Positions 13,520 to 27,786 of a stretch of 64,000 nucleotides of DNA are shown here, piece by piece. The translations under genes and the position numbers were made by a program. The DNA is taken from the NCBI GenBank assembly GCA_030265395.1, contig JARFYF010000074.1, positions 72,865,793 to 72,929,792 on the forward strand, read 5' to 3'. The DNA is from Rhina ancylostomus (taxonomy: Eukaryota). Each line of letters opens with the position of its first letter. Position 1 is the first letter of the stretch. Under the pieces are notes generated by a model that did not search any database, was not told the DNA's origin, and worked only from the letters and a program-made list of their open reading frames with translations.

Positions 13520-15380
13520 TGTGACAATTACAGTTTTTACCAAAAACACCTAATGTATTGTCCAGTATATTGCTGAACCTTGGGAAGCTGGGAGCTTTCC
13601 CAACCATTTTCATGATATACTGCTATTGCTTCCTTGAACAATTGATTCTAATGGGCCTATAGCTACCTATATTTTGCCCCATCTTTTTTTGAGTAGGGAG
13701 CGTCACAATGGCAGTTTTCTAAGCTTCTAGCACATTTCCAGAATCTGAGGATTCTTGGAAAATTTTAATTAATGCAGCCACCATCTCAGTAGCCACCTCT
13801 TTCAGGATCCTTAAATGCAAGCTGTTCAGACCAGGGGACTTGTCAGCTTGCCTAATACCAATTCCCTAATGATGGTAAGGGTATTTAATTCATGCCCAGT
13901 ATTAATGTTCATAGTGTCTTCCACTGTAAAGGTTATGCAAAACATAATTTGTTTAACCCTCTGCCATTCCCCCATAACTATTTCCCCAGCCTCATTCTCT
14001 GGGGGGCCAGTGTTTATTTGGATCTTTCTTTTGATAATATCTAAAGAAACTCTCTTTTATATTCCTCACTTGTTTTCCTTCATGGTGTATTTCCTCTTTA
14101 TTCTTTTTCTTTGTCCTCCTTAGCTGAATTCTGAATTTATCCCCATCTTCAGGTCTAACACTAACTTTTGCCTCCTTGTACATTTTCGTTTTCAACTTGA
14201 TACTCCCTTTAACATGTTTGGTTAACCATGGTTAATTTATCAGAATCTCTGCTCCTCACTGGGATGGGTTGCCTTCTTAAACTTCTGTCCCTGCTTGCCT
14301 ACTGTCTTTTCTGCTGATTTATCAGCCCAGTTCACTTTAGCCAACTCTCTCCTCATTNNNNNNNNNNCTCATTCCATTGTGATTCTCTTTATGAAAAAAA
14401 ATGTTTATTTTAAATAATCAAGTTCTTGGCACTCAAATTGAATACAAAATTCTGTCCTACTATGATCACCACTCTCCAGGAGATTCTTTACTCTGAAATC
14501 ATTTATTAAACCTGCTTCATTACCCATAACCAGATCCCAAATAACCTATTCCCTGTGTGGCTCCATAAATGCTCCAGAAAACTATCCCTAGTGGATTCTG
14601 AGTTTGATCTTGTAGCTACCCTTTCCAATTTGATTAACCCAATCTAAGATTGAATTCTCCCATCATTACTGCATTAATTTTGTTTTACACGCCCCCCATC
14701 ATTCGTTGATTTTTTTTACCCTTTCATAGAGTGTGGCAAATGTTTGGGGGTCAGACACTACTCCAACCACTGTCTTCTTTGCAGGCTTTCTTGNNNNNNN
14801 NNNCCCCCCCCCCCCAACAGATGCAGCTCGACCTACTGAGTTCCTCTGGCAGTTTATTGCTTTGGATTCCAGCATCTGCAGTCACTTGTCTCCTCTATTC
14901 TTCCTTCCTCTGCTGTTTTTAAACTCCACTCAATCAGACACATGTTATGAACCTAGCTATTTTCACATTTGTATTTATTTCATCTTTTATTAACAGTACT
15001 ACACCACCACCTTTTCCTTTTGCCTGTCCATCCAAAAAGTCAAATATCCCTGAGTATTAAGTTCCCTTAAAACCACATCTCTGTAAATGCCATACCCATT
15101 CACCTCTATTTGTGCAGTAAGCTCATCTACATTTTTAGAGTATGTGTTTGCCATTTTTAGTCTTTTTTTATATTCTGTGCCCCAGTTAGCTCTAACCCAT
15201 TATCTCCCTACCTTCTGATTTTGTATTCTATTGTTCTTTCTTTCACTTCTGTCCCTGTTTCTCTCCCCTTAGTCAGCCCATTAGGTTCCCATCTCCCTTT
15301 TGTTCCAGAGTAAATCATCCCCAAAAGCACTAGCAAACATCCCTCTCTAGGACATCGGTCCTGATCCTTCCTTGGTGTAA
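13520..15380 (-). mobile_element. Decayed CR1 ORF2 (endonuclease/linker region) with a nested short repeat at ~14815-14895
   Basis: CR1-like motifs (ccaggggacttgtc, tatgatcacc, cccatcattact, gtcaaatatccctg). The nested acagatgcagctcgacctactgagttcctc...ttccagcatctgcag is a common shark repeat terminus, possibly Penelope-related. Confidence 0.65.
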
Positions 15381-17375
15381 GCCATCCCTACATCATGAAA
15401 CCTGATTTGAAAGTCACTAAGAAATCCTTGAAATCTGCCCTTGTTTTCTGTGAGTCTGTGATCTTTTTCTTGTAGCATATTCTCATTTCTCTTGAGCTGG
15501 AGATGAGATTGAAATGTATTGACATTATATTTACAGAAGCTTTAACTTGTTCTGGAAGCTGAGACTATCCAAGTAAGATCAAATAGAATCTTATCCTCCC
15601 CCAATTCAGCACTTCCAATTACCCCATAATATCAATAAAAATGTCAAATCCCGCTCATCAAGTTAATTTTCCCCATTCTTGAAATAAAGCACTATTGAAC
15701 TGCAAAGCCATCAAAACTATTTAAGATATTACTAGCTGTTAACTATCTCACAATATAGTATTGTGAGATGTGTTTAGGTTTATATTCAAATTTCATATCT
15801 TTGATTGCATTTTTGAATTGTTGATGAGTCTTGCATTTGAGCAGATGAGTTGAACAATTTCAAGGACCGATTTTATAAATTTTCTTTCTTCAAGTATCTG
15901 CTTATGATGGATGATGCAATGAACAGGAAGACATTCTGGAAACTTAGTATTGTGTTTCAAGAGTCTGATGCCTACATTTTATTTTCCTACTATTGTAGAT
16001 GCTACATCTGTTGTAGTGCTAAAAAGTTTATAAATGTTATATTAGCTTTTTCCAATGCTTTGCCAAGTGCATTCTTTGTGTCAACATTGTAGATTATTTC
16101 TTTTAGTACCAGTTAGTCTGGCATTTCTTGATTCACAGCTTCATCCAAGGGAATATAGTGGAGATACATATTACTAGTTGTGGTTGATGTAGGGCTGTGG
16201 ATTTGTTGACAGCGAGGCTGAATGGTAGAGGTATTTTCAAACTGTTTTGTTGCTTATTTGCCACATCTAGACGGTAAGCCTCTCTGTAGTGTAGCTTAAA
16301 ATTAGTATTTCATTTACCCATCACTGAGGTTTTGTTATTTTAATCTAAAATTGCTGTTACCTGTAATGTCATTATAACAAATTCCCTTTCAGGATATAAA
16401 CATTTAGCACAAATGATAGCATATGAAATAACAAAATTAATTTCTTGGCTGAATACTACTGGACTTTGGCTGCATGATGCTAGAGTGCTTAATACACTGT
16501 GTACTTTATGGCTGGTCTGCTCCAGCTAGAAAACAAGGTGTACTGGACATCACAACAACCACCCAAGCCCCACCACTTTGATGCCTGCCAAGGTTAGAAG
16601 GAACTGTGGGATGGACTTTGTTGCTCCCCAATAGGTTTCTGCTGAATTTAACATAGGAGAGCCAGACACTTTGTCCTTCACCTCCGAAAGCTGCACTTAT
16701 GCTGTAGGAGGGCCAAATGCAGCTCCAGCGCTGTGAATTAGAGATCCTTGTTATTGCTCATCTAAGACAATTTTAGAAAAGGAGTTTGACATATTATCCC
16801 AAAAAAAATCATAGTTCAGTGAACATTTGAAAAGAGTTAATAAAAAAAAGGAGAAAATGTCTCAATGGAATAACCAATAAACATTAAAATGAGCAAAAGA
16901 AAGATGACAACACTGATAATCTTTGTATCAGGCCATAAAAGTAGAGAAGTATGAAATTCACCAATAACAATGGTAATGGGAAGCAGCAATTTGAAGAGGT
17001 GAGGTGAGGTGAACCGAAAGTCAGTTCTTCAATACAAATGAAAGATGTGAAAACAGTGGTCTTCATTGGCCCACAAAATCCCACCATCAATACTGTGTTC
17101 TGACAAATATCTCCAAAGTGGCCAATGTCTCCTTTCTTCCCTTTCACCAATAGATTCAACTCACAACACCAGTTGTAAAGAAAATATCAAACAATATCCT
17201 CATGCAAACTGTTTCATTCCTACATAAACTGTTTGATAAGGTATTAGATGAATTTGTAGTTCTGTGTTTGCAATGGCATTATTACTATGTTTATTATTAG
17301 CCAATCTAGCTTATTCTATATAATTGGACTCTGATTTCTGTAAAACAAAATATTACATAATTTTCATCAAATTAC

Positions 17376-17605
17376 CTGGTCTGGGAGATGGTTCTAATAT
17401 GTTGAAGCTGAATTTTTTCAGTAATTGGTTTGGAGAGCAGAATTGGCAATTCCTCCTTCAAACGTTGTGATAAAGTTCTGCTCCGAGCATAGTCTACAAT
17501 GTCATACATGATTGTTGTTCTGGGCAAGTTGGTCAGGGTCAACATCCTCCAGTAGTTGTCTCTGCCTCCAAGAAATGCTGGAGTCTCATCCAGGTTACTT
17601 GCATA
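17376..17605 (-). CDS. CXorf58: CXorf58 homologue exon (YASNLDETPAFLGGRDNYWRMLTLTNLPRTTIMYDIVDY...ISQT)
   Basis: Matches human DEAPAFSGGRNNSWRKLNLENIPRTMLMYDIV; 230 nt, phase 0 to 2; AG|GTAATT donor. Confidence 0.93.
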
Positions 17606-17864
17606 CTTCAGAAGAATAACACAAAATGAGAAAACAAACATCTCACTGACAACTGAGTTCTTAAAACATGACAATCTATTTGGTTCATGTGATGCACATT
17701 TTATTTCACCAATGCTAATTTGTTGGTTCACCATCAGGTTCCAGAAAAAGGTACCACACTGGCTTTACTCTCTTTAAATATTTATCAAAAGGTACACAAG
17801 ATGGGTGGCCTTTTAATTAGTTACCACTTTTTTTTAGAAAAAGCATACTATACAAGTGTTATGG

Positions 17865-18170
17865 TTACAGAATTGTTGTGACACAGAGGGAGGCCATTGA
17901 GCCCACTGAGACCATTGCTGCTTCCCAGCAGAGCAATCCCATTTGTCCCATTCCCTCGCTCACTTCCCTGTAGAGCTGCAACAAATTCTCTCAAGCCCAC
18001 CATTGGTTCTTTTGCCATTATCTATACTAAGGTTAATTGATAACTGTAAATTACCCCACCAGTCAGGCTCTGGGAAGTGGGGAGAAACCAGAGCACAGGG
18101 AGAATATATAAACTCCACATAAAGAGCAACCAAGGTTAGGATCAACCTACTGCACCATCATACCACCAGT
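17865..18170 (-). mobile_element. HE1-like tRNA-derived SINE
   Basis: ggaggccattgagccc...ggggagaaaccagagcacagggagaat...aaactccacat core. Confidence 0.7.
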
Positions 18171-19569
18171 TCATTGGTACTAGATTAGCAAACCAAAAAT
18201 CACTTGTTAAAGTCCTATCAGAGGCACTGTGAAATTTGATTTCTCTCAGAATGATCAAAGAGGAATCTGGCATAGTTATAATCAGAGGAAATCTGCAGGC
18301 CAAAATACAAATTCTTCCATAAGCAGCCCCGGGGACTCCTTGTCCCATCTGGAGTATAGATCCAGCAAAATTAGTTATTAAGGGGCTGGGAATCCTTGGC
18401 TCTAAAACCCATGAAATTTCCTGGCTTCAAGCCAAAAAAGACTGCTGAACTCCATCTTCCATCTACTGGCTGTCTTCAAATTATTAAGCAATATAATAAA
18501 TATTACTTGGAAGAGTCTCTGAAGGAAGCAAGAGTATAGCTTGAGGAATTAATTGGCAGTACCTTCCCTGTCAAATTGCTTTTGTAGGTTTGCATTGGAT
18601 AGTAAGGGGAGCAAATTGAGTGGACCTAAATTAACTTATTCTCATGAATTCATCTGTGGAAGGAACACCTCTGTGAAAGCATTTGTAGAAAACTTGTGAA
18701 GACTAAGTGACACTGCCACTGCTAGGATATTCACAACAATTGTGACACAGGTCTATGACCATAGGAGGTTGGCAGATTAAGGATTAATCAAGCAGCCCAA
18801 AATTGGGCATCTATGCTGTCAATCTCCATCAGCAAAGTATACACCACCATAATCTGTAATTTAATGGCTCTTATTTTCACGCATTGAAGCCGTATGAACA
18901 AAATTGATCCAAATGAAGCATCAGGTTTAGCGTTATCATTAACAAAGCTACTGCAGCAAGCTAAATGCATACTAAACATCAAAAGCAGTAGAGATGAATC
19001 GGTTGACAAGAAATAGATCAGAACCTCATTCCATTCACTCAAAAAATAATGTTGGCTAAACAACCAATGGGAGGAGGGGGTTCCAACAACAAATGTGAAC
19101 ATAGCATGCAAGGGGGTGAACTTGAGGGATGAAACATTTATAAGTACAATACATCCAATCACATAGGCCATCATGTGCATTTCCAGGGTTGAATTAAATG
19201 GGAATGAGANNNNNNNNNNNNNNNNNNNNNNNNNNNNNNNNNNNNNNNNNNNNNNNNNNNNNNNNNNNNNNNNNNNNNNNNNNNNNNNNNNNNNNNNNNN
19301 NNNNNNNNNGGAATGAGATGCCCTGGCTGTAGCAGTTGGGATTTTTATTGTAATATAGAAAATGACTTAACATTTATATTGTACTTTTCACATCCTTACT
19401 AGGATAACTTGAATTAATTTACAATGAGGTATAATCACTGTTGCTTTATACACGTATTTAAATGAAATTGTTATGATATAATTTTAGTATGCATGTGAGA
19501 TCTGTTATACCACTTTACGTGGATGGTAAATATAATTTTCCTGGTATTCATTTACTGGATCAGGGCATC

Positions 19570-21135
19570 ACCAACAAGGACAGCATTTATTACCCATCCC
19601 TAACTGCCCTCAAAAAGGTTATGGTGAACTGCTTTGCTGAATCACTGCAATCCTTCTGGTGAACGTGCTCCCACAGTAGTGTGAGGCAAGTAGTCCAAGA
19701 TTTAGACCCAATGACAATGATGGATCGGCAATATATCTCCAAATCAAGGTGGCATACAAATTGGAGGGGAACCTGCAGAGGTGGTGTTCCCATGTGCTTA
19801 CTGCCCTTGTCATTCCGGTGGTAGAGATTGTGTGTTTGGGAGATGCTGTCTGAGAGGTCTGGGGAGTAACTGCAGTGTATTTGTAGATGGTGTATACTGC
19901 AGCCATTGTTGCACAAGTGTTAGAGAGAATGAAGATTTAGGTTGGTGGTTAAGATGCTGATCAAGTGAGCTGCTTTGTCTTTGATCGTGTCGAGTTTCAT
20001 ATTTTGTTTTGTGCCTAGTAGATGATGGAAGGGTTTGGGGTGTCTAATGAGTCAGTCATTGCAGGAAATCCAGTTTCTGCCCTACTCTTGTAGCCACAGT
20101 ATTTATTTGGCTGGTCCAGTTGATTTTCTGGTCAATGTTGGCTTTCCAGGATATTGATGGTATGTGAGTCAGTGAAGGTAATGCCATTGAATGTATAAGA
20201 CAGATGGTTACATTCTCTCTTATTGGAAATGACAGTTTTGTGGGGTGAATGTTACTTGCCTCATATCAGCCTACACCTGAATATTTTCTTGGTTATGTTG
20301 CATGCAGGCATGAGTTGTTTTATTTGTTGAGGAGTTATGCATGGAATTGAAAATTGAACATCCTCACTTGTGATCTTATGATGGAAGGAAGGTCATTGAC
20401 GAAGCAGCATTGTCAGGTACATGCCAGTGTTCTGACAAGACTTGAATAGCTTGGGTAAAGGTATGAATAGTTCTGCTGCTCGGGTATTTAGTACTAAAAT
20501 TGGGATGTTGTTTGCTCCCATATCCTTTGCTGTATCTAGTGCTCTCAGCCATTTCTTGATGTCATGTGCAGTGAATCAAATTCACTGGAGAATGGCTTCT
20601 GTGATGGTGGGACACAAGGAAACTGAGATGGTTCATCTATTTGATACTTCTGGCTAAATACGGCTGTGAATGCTTCACCTTCTTTCTTGGCACCCACATG
20701 GTGGGCCCCATTATTGTACAGGATAGGGATGTTTTTGGCGCATCCTCCACTGTTAGTTGTTTAATTGTCCACTACAATTCTTGACTAGTGTGAAGGACTG
20801 CAGAGTTTCAATCTAATCTTCAGTTGTGAGATCACTTAGCTCTGCCTATTGTGTGTTGGTTTTGTTGTTTAGCACACAAGCAGTCTTGCACTGCAGCTTT
20901 GCTAGCTTGGCACCTCAACATTTTTTTTGGTATACCTGGTGTTGTTCCTGGGATAGCCTTCTGCATCACTCATTGAACCAGGGTTGATCTCCTGGCTTGA
21001 CAGTAATTGATAGATTAAGTATGCCAAGCCATCGGGTTACAGATTATGATACATTTCTGCTGCTGCTAATGATCCACAGCGCTTCCTGAATGCCCAGCTC
21101 GGAGCTTGCAGATCTTTTCTGAGACTATCCCATTG
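19570..21135 (-). mobile_element. Decayed non-LTR LINE (CR1/L2 group), 3' ~1.5 kb
   Basis: Tail cagcatttattacccatccctaactgccct; same family as 25170-27570, 45860-46190 and 50480-51230. Confidence 0.75.
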
Positions 21136-21619
21136 TATACATGTTTACTTAAATAACCCACTAAGATGTCTAGAATTTCTGCACGATTATTTCTTGTTCT
21201 CTTTCCATTTTACTGAGAATTTTTGTGGTGCTTGTTTCCCAATTGCTCCAACTACACTACATTTGATTTCTCCACAGAGCAGGGGAAAGGACCATAGCCG
21301 AATGCTGGGCAAGGAAGACTACAGTGATATGCTGGACAAGCACCCGATTGCATGTTGGTATTTTCCTATCTGGACATTCAATATATGGAAAATCTAGACT
21401 GCAATAATAGGGGGAGAAATTTTTCTTTGATTGCCAGTGCTAAACAATTGAGAGAGATGTTGATCACTAGTTGTGTTCACGTCCCAGAATTCAGTTTCAC
21501 TCAAGCCAATGGAACCAAGTATCAGGAGGTAAGTGCAAGCTGATACACTTGCACCCATTTACCAATGGCAAACAGAATTCACCCTTAAACAGCAAAGAAA
21601 ATGTTTTAGTTCTACAAAC

Positions 21620-21751
21620 CTGCATGTAATCTTTGGCTGTAACAACATCAACTTCATCTGCTACTTTTGTTCTTTGATACTGAAGGTTATCCTGTATGAT
21701 AAGATCATAGAATTTCCTTCTTCCCATGATCTTGCAAGAAGCAGCGGCTGC
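21620..21751 (-). CDS. CXorf58: CXorf58 homologue exon (AAAASCKIMGRRKFYDLIIQDNLQYQRTKVADEVDVVTAKDYMQ)
   Basis: Matches human AVDDACKLMGERKF...DVVTMQDYVQ; 132 nt, phase 0 to 0. Confidence 0.92.
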
Positions 21752-23342
21752 CTGTTAAGAAAAGAAGCCCATAGTCACTTTAATCTTTTTTTTAAAAATA
21801 CCACTTCACCTGTGAATGATAATGTAAAAGTCCAGAAAAATGGGCAATTTACATATGCTCTACCCTAAATGCTACCAAGAAGCAAAGCAAGTCAACTATT
21901 AAAACTTAAGCACAAGTAATTAATTACTTAATCTGAGCATTTCAAATTTGTTACCATTTCTCACAGTCCAAATTAGAATGTTACTTTGACCTATTAAGTG
22001 CCTTTGTTTCAAAAGGGATTCTTTTCTGGACTATTTCTACTGATGTACAACATGTGCTACAAATACAATGATTTCACCTTACCAGTGCTTGTAAAATTCA
22101 GTCCTATAAACTAACCCAGGCAAAAATACTGTATTGTCAACAATGATGCATATATGGAGTGACCCATGGTTGCAGGGAACACATGAGTGGATGTGAACTT
22201 TTAATTTAAGTGGGGCTGGGAGGTTCGACAAAAATTCAAAGGGTTGAAAATTATTCAGATATTTGCTACTTTTTTTTCCCCAGAGTCTGGAGAGGAAAAG
22301 GCAGGCAAAAAGACAAGAGATAATAAACCCAATGCCTGTGCACATAAGTGTCTCTCTGAAAATTGTGAAATGTCAATAAAGACTGGACATGGAGCTCCCA
22401 GATGTTTAAGTGCTGCTTATTGTGGTGCTAAATGACACAGGATAGAAGGCTGTCGATGAACTAACTGATGCCAACCTGGGTGGAGGTTGTTCTGCCAGAA
22501 TAGCAATATGTAGGGAAAAGAAACAATCACATTTCCAATCTTGCTGGGTCAGATGAGAACAGAATTGGGTCTGTATTGCTATGAATACATTATTGTTGTT
22601 TAGTGCATTAGGCAAGGCAATGAAATATTAACAAGAATAAAACCCAGCATGGGGCAGTCTTTAGACAATAAATGGTTTGGAGAGGGCAAGGGGAAAATTT
22701 CCATACAGAAGATCTAAATAATATCTAATACATTAAATAAGATCTCCAAGAGAAAGATAGACTAGCATTTCTGGTTTAACCCCTCATTTGAGTTTGGGCA
22801 GCCAAACTTTTTTTCAACAACCTGTAACACTAAGTGATCATTAACAGGAAAAGTAATTTTTATTAATAGAATATAAAATTTAAATGTTTGGGCAGCAATA
22901 TTTAAATGCTCATATAGAAACAAAATAAATGCTATTTCCACAATGCTAATGTAGACATAAGAGTAATTTGTGCATACACAGGTTAAGATAACCTCAGTAT
23001 TGAATTTATATTGAGTAGTAGCAAAAAGGGAGGGTGTGTTAGGAACTGGGCAAGTGAATACAGATATCAGGCAGGGACAGTATTGGGTTCAGATGTGATC
23101 CTCCAAATGGATAGCTCACTAGTGCTTNNNNNNNNNNNNNNNNNNNNNNNNNNNNNNNNNNNNNNNNNNNNNNNNNNNNNNNNNNNNNNNNNNNNNNNNN
23201 NNNNNNNNNNNNNNNNNNNNNNNNNNNGTGCTTAGTCAGAATGCAGTCATGAAACTGGAACATGAATTCCACCTGCTGAGCCCAGCAAAACAACACTTTC
23301 TCAAGGGAAGACAATTGAGGGGGGGATAAAATTCAGAATTAC

Positions 23343-23454
23343 CTCTGTTGCAGGCTTGATTATTCTTCTTCCACTTATATATTGATTCTTGTAGCTCCCA
23401 GCATGTTGAAAAATTTTAAACACAAGAATAGGAGGAAATTCTTCTCCAGCAAAT
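23343..23454 (-). CDS. CXorf58: CXorf58 homologue exon (FAGEEFPPILVFKIFQHAGSYKNQYISGRRIIKPATE)
   Basis: Matches human FRGETFPPFIVFKIF...YFSGK; 112 nt, phase 2 to 0; GAG|GTAATT donor. Confidence 0.92.
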
Positions 23455-23908
23455 CTGACGGAAAATAAGAATACTGATTTCAGTAAATGTTGTCAGCTGT
23501 CCTAGGTAACTGTGCTAGTGATTTTTTGTCAGAATTTATGAATAATGTGTTCCTGGTTCACCATTCAGTATCAGACCCTACAAATTCCAGCATCTTATTT
23601 CGCTAGCAGGCTAAGGTCCTGTCTTGTTGGTGACACTGCAGCACCAAAAGTAATATAGTGGTATTACCATGTTATAAAACATACAAAGTAGGTGTTTGGG
23701 CATCATGAAACAGATCTCAGGGTATGGCTAGTTTTGAAATTAAAAATATACAAAATATATCAAACTACAGATACCTGTCAAACTGTTGTTATAGTAACTG
23801 CACCACAGAAAACACTCAGATATAGACATATATTTGATTATGTTGTTTCCTCTATTCTTTATGGACATATTGAAGTTGCTTGGTTTAGCAGATTCTCACA
23901 GAACTTAC

Positions 23909-24003
23909 CTGAACCTAACTTTATATGCCATCTTGGTATCCTTCAGGAGTTCAGCCTCAGAGGGTTGTAACTTCCTTAGAATGTCAGTTGTCAGACAATG
24001 TTC
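23909..24003 (-). CDS. CXorf58: CXorf58 homologue exon (EHCLTTDILRKLQPSEAELLKDTKMAYKVRF)
   Basis: Matches human EFYVTHEILKKVAPLEAKLIKDPTMQCKIRFR; AG|GTAAGT donor; 95 nt, phase 0 to 2. Confidence 0.9.
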
Positions 24004-24224
24004 CTGTTATAGAGGGAAACATTAATGAATTTATACAGATTTTGACACAAGTACATCTGGAAATAAACTGCACATTTGCTTTAGCGAAAAATACCACTGA
24101 TCAATCACGTACTGATTAATTCTAAAGTTAAAAATAATCACTGATTGCTGGGAAGGATGAAATTCTTAAAAATTTAAATATCATGTTTTGGAAGAAGATT
24201 GCCTTAATTTAAATTAAACTAGTT

Positions 24225-24560
24225 AGCAAGGTAGTGCAGCAGTTAGTGTTGCTGGTTCACAGCTTCAGGGATCTGGGTTCAAACCTAACTTGTGAGTGGA
24301 GTTTGCTCATTTTCCCTGTGATTGTGGGTTGCCACCAGGTACTCTGATTTCTGCCCATATTCTAAACATATGCTGGCAGGTTAATTGGCTATTGTAAATT
24401 ACTCTCAGTGTAGGTAAGTGACAAAAGAACCAAGGGGAAGTTAATAGGCATGTGAATAAGGAAAAAAAAATGAGGAAAGGGAACAGAACTGATGGGATTG
24501 CTCTAGCAGGAGCTGGCACGGATCCAATAGACTGAATGGGCTCTTTTTACACTGTAAAAT
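24225..24560 (+). mobile_element. HE1-like tRNA-derived SINE
   Basis: A-box-like tagtgcagcag and B-box ggttcaaacc, core ggagtttgc...ttccctgtga, CR1-like tail gactgaatgggctc. Confidence 0.75.
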
Positions 24561-24831
24561 GTAGGAGCTGGTTCTTTTTATTTTTGGATGAGCTTTGCTG
24601 GTTCTTGTTCAGATTGCTCTTGTGATGTATCATTAATGACTAGAAGGGCAGGACCGTCTTAAGCATCCTATGGACATTGATGTACAATTATGGATTAATT
24701 CTCATGAATGTCCATCATTAGTGCACCAGTCTGGAAAAAATACACAAAGTACCAGTAGGAAAATTAAAGAGGAAAGGGAAGACTTGTCATTGTTAATAGC
24801 CTGCAAAACTCTGTTATTCTATTACACTTAC

Positions 24832-24931
24832 TGCGGCACAGATCGTGTGCTTGAGTAGGCGAAATAACTGTTTATTTCTGTAAGAAAACCATGAAGTCTG
24901 GATAATTCTAGCTGCCAAGTCTGGATCAATT
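24832..24931 (-). CDS. CXorf58: CXorf58 homologue exon (IDPDLAARIIQTSWFSYRNKQLFRLLKHTICAA)
   Basis: Matches human CXorf58 SAQIIQRAWLSHTNKMIFRLLKHAICAA; tttcag acceptor, GTAAGT donor, phase 2 to 0. Confidence 0.9.
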
Positions 24932-25169
24932 CTGAAACACAAAGATTATCTGATTATAATGGACATTATTTATTGTCAAAATGGACACTACTTAAAGATT
25001 GACAGTTATTTTGGCAAAAAGGAAATCAGAAGAAATGGGAGAAGATCAGCAGAGTGATCTTGAGGAACCTGATCAGCTAAGACATTACTGAATAGCAGAC
25101 AAGGCTAGAGTGTTCATATGGCTTACTGCTGCTTATACTACTAAAGGAAAACAAAGCCCTCCTCATAAA

Positions 25170-27570
25170 CATTTGGGGAGCTGTTCCACAGATGAGATGA
25201 GCAACAGCCTGACATTGTCAAACTCACTGGATCATACAATCAGCCACGATCCCAGGCTTCTCCACCACTAGCTCTTGGTATAGACCACCCACCTGATAGA
25301 AAGACCCACCAGAGGTGGTAGCACAGTAGCATACATACAGTCACAAAGAAGTGGCTCTGAAAATCTTCAGTACTGAATCTATATAATGAGCTGGATTATA
25401 TCAAGGTTGCACTGTAGTTCCCCATGCTGAACACTTATTGCGAGTACTAAGGACACAGCATGTATTAGGGGTGGAGTGCTTCTATTAAGGGCTACACCCC
25501 TAATGCAAGTGTCATACCATAATTGCATTAATAGTACCATTGCTGACCAAATTGGCTTAGTCTTCAAGGATAAAGCTGCCAATCTGAGTCTGCAGTAGAG
25601 AGCTATTAGGAGGGAAAACTACACGTGGCCTGAACCATGCATATACAGATGCATCCATCCATTCCATTGTGAGCAAGAGTGAGTATTGCACAGTCCTCAT
25701 GAGAATCAAATATTTGACTTTTCAGTGAGAATACCCTCCATTATATTGCACTGTGCAGCCCAGCTTCTATGTTAAACAGGATAAATTCAGATCAGATCAA
25801 GCTCAAAACTGGGAATCCATGAGGCAGTCGAGGCCATCAACAGAGCTGAACTGTATTCCACCACCATCTATAACCTCATGTCCCAGCGTGTTCCTCAATC
25901 TACCTTTTCATCAAAACTGCAGACCAATTTTGCATCATTGAGTGTAGACAGGAGCAGAGCCAGGCTTGTATTACAAAAAAACCAGGACAAATCTAATCTG
26001 GTTAATTTTTGTTCCATCAATCCAAGAATCAGCCACATGAAAAAAGAACATTATTGGCAGAAACCTGCTGACTGATGCTTAGATTGAGTTCCATCAGGTC
26101 TACTCAGCAATAATCATCTTTAGGGTATGGACAAAACAGCTGATTTCCAGAGGCGATGTGAGAGTGACTATCCTTGAACATGTATAGCATCAAGGAGCAT
26201 TGATAAGAGTGAGGTCAATGGTAACACATTCCTCCGGCTGGATTACACCTACCACAAGGCAAAAATATTTATGGTTGTTGGAGATCAATAATCTCAGCCT
26301 GGAGACATCACTGAAGGAGATCTTAAAGGTTCTGTCTTAGGCCAACTGGCTTCANNNNNNNNNNNNNNNNNNNNNNNNNNNNNNNNNNNNNNNNNNNNNN
26401 NNNNNNNNNNNNNNNNNNNNNNNNNNNNNNNNNNNNNNNNNNNNNNNNNNNNNNNNNNNNNNNNNNNNNNNNNNNNNNNNNNNNNNGCTGAAAGTGGTAA
26501 GTAACATTTACATCACATATGTTTTAGACAATAACCCTTTTTTAATTTTCATTCATGAAAATATGAACATTAATGTCATTGACAACATTTATTGTTCATA
26601 CCTAATTGCACCACAACGAAGGAGACAGTTAAGAGTCAACCCATAGATGGGTCTGGTGTCACAAATGCCAGATTGCACAGGGATGGCAAATTTCCTTTCC
26701 TGAAGGATATTAGTGAACCTGGGGTGTCTTTACAATAATTCAAAGTTTTACTAATACTTTTTAAAAATTAATTCCAGATTTATATAGTTATTGAATTTAA
26801 AGTCCCTAACAGTATGGTGGGATTCAAACTTATGTTTCTGGATCAGTGGTTCAGACCTCTAGATGGTAATGGTGTAATTTAGCCACACAGTTACCATATT
26901 CACATTTCCAACAAGTTAGAATCTAACTACTTTCTCTTGACATTCAAATGCTTTAAAATTGTTAAATTGTATATTACCATTATCCTGTGGGTGGAGGTGG
27001 TGGGGGAAGGAGGGACAGGTTCACCTTTAACCTGAATTATAACCAGTTCAACTTGGGAAGGAGACAAGGCTATTTTGTGGCAAGTGGTTTAGTACTGAAT
27101 AGTTACTGAATTCACAAAGCCTTTCCATGACCCATAAGGTACAGGTCTTCTTTCTATCATGACAGAATAATATCAGCTCCAATAACATTCAAGAAACTCA
27201 ATACTCCTCAGGAAGAAGCAACCTCCTTGATGGCATTTCATCCATTAGCCCATACTTTCATTTCTTCTACTATTGCTGCACTAAAATTGAAGTGTGTACC
27301 ATTTACAAGATACACTGCTGCAACTCATCAAGCCTTCTTCAACTACACCTCTGAAACTATGGCCTCCCCTCACCCAGATGGACAAGAGTACCATAACTAA
27401 GTCAAAGCTCTGGAACTCCACACTTAACAGCACTGTTGCAGTAACTCCACCAAATGGACTGCAGCAATTCAAGATGACAGATCCCCCCGCCTTCTCAAGG
27501 AAGATTAGAAATGGGCAATAAGTACTGGCCTTACAAGTGACGTATATATTCTGTAAATAAATAATAATAA
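25170..27570 (+). mobile_element. Decayed non-LTR LINE (CR1/L2 group) with nested antisense SINE at ~26545-26900
   Basis: Endonuclease-region cccaccagaggtggtagcacag; tail ggactgcagcaattcaag...gggcaataagtactggcc. The nested SINE head ggtgggattcaaac is on the opposite strand. Confidence 0.7.
25467..25591 (+). repeat. Left arm of 125-bp inverted duplication (partner 30169-30293)
   Basis: 117/125 identical to the reverse complement of 30169-30293 by manual alignment. Confidence 0.9.
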
Positions 27571-27786
27571 ATGCTTAGACAGACAGAGCTGGAATCATGT
27601 TTTTGTAAATTGTAGGACAGGTGATTGGGTATTATCAGTATTTTTTTGATATAAGAAACAAATATTTTTTCAGTATTCCTTTGTTGTTTTCTAGCAATTA
27701 ATTTACTGTATGTTGCATATAGAGGAATGCAAAAAATATATGAGACACTTCATTTAAGTAATGAAAAACACTTCTGAATTACTTAC

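Noticed and set aside
24225-24295. tRNA-like A/B boxes as a tRNA gene
   Set aside because: It continues into a SINE core and CR1-like tail; it is a SINE head with no cloverleaf.
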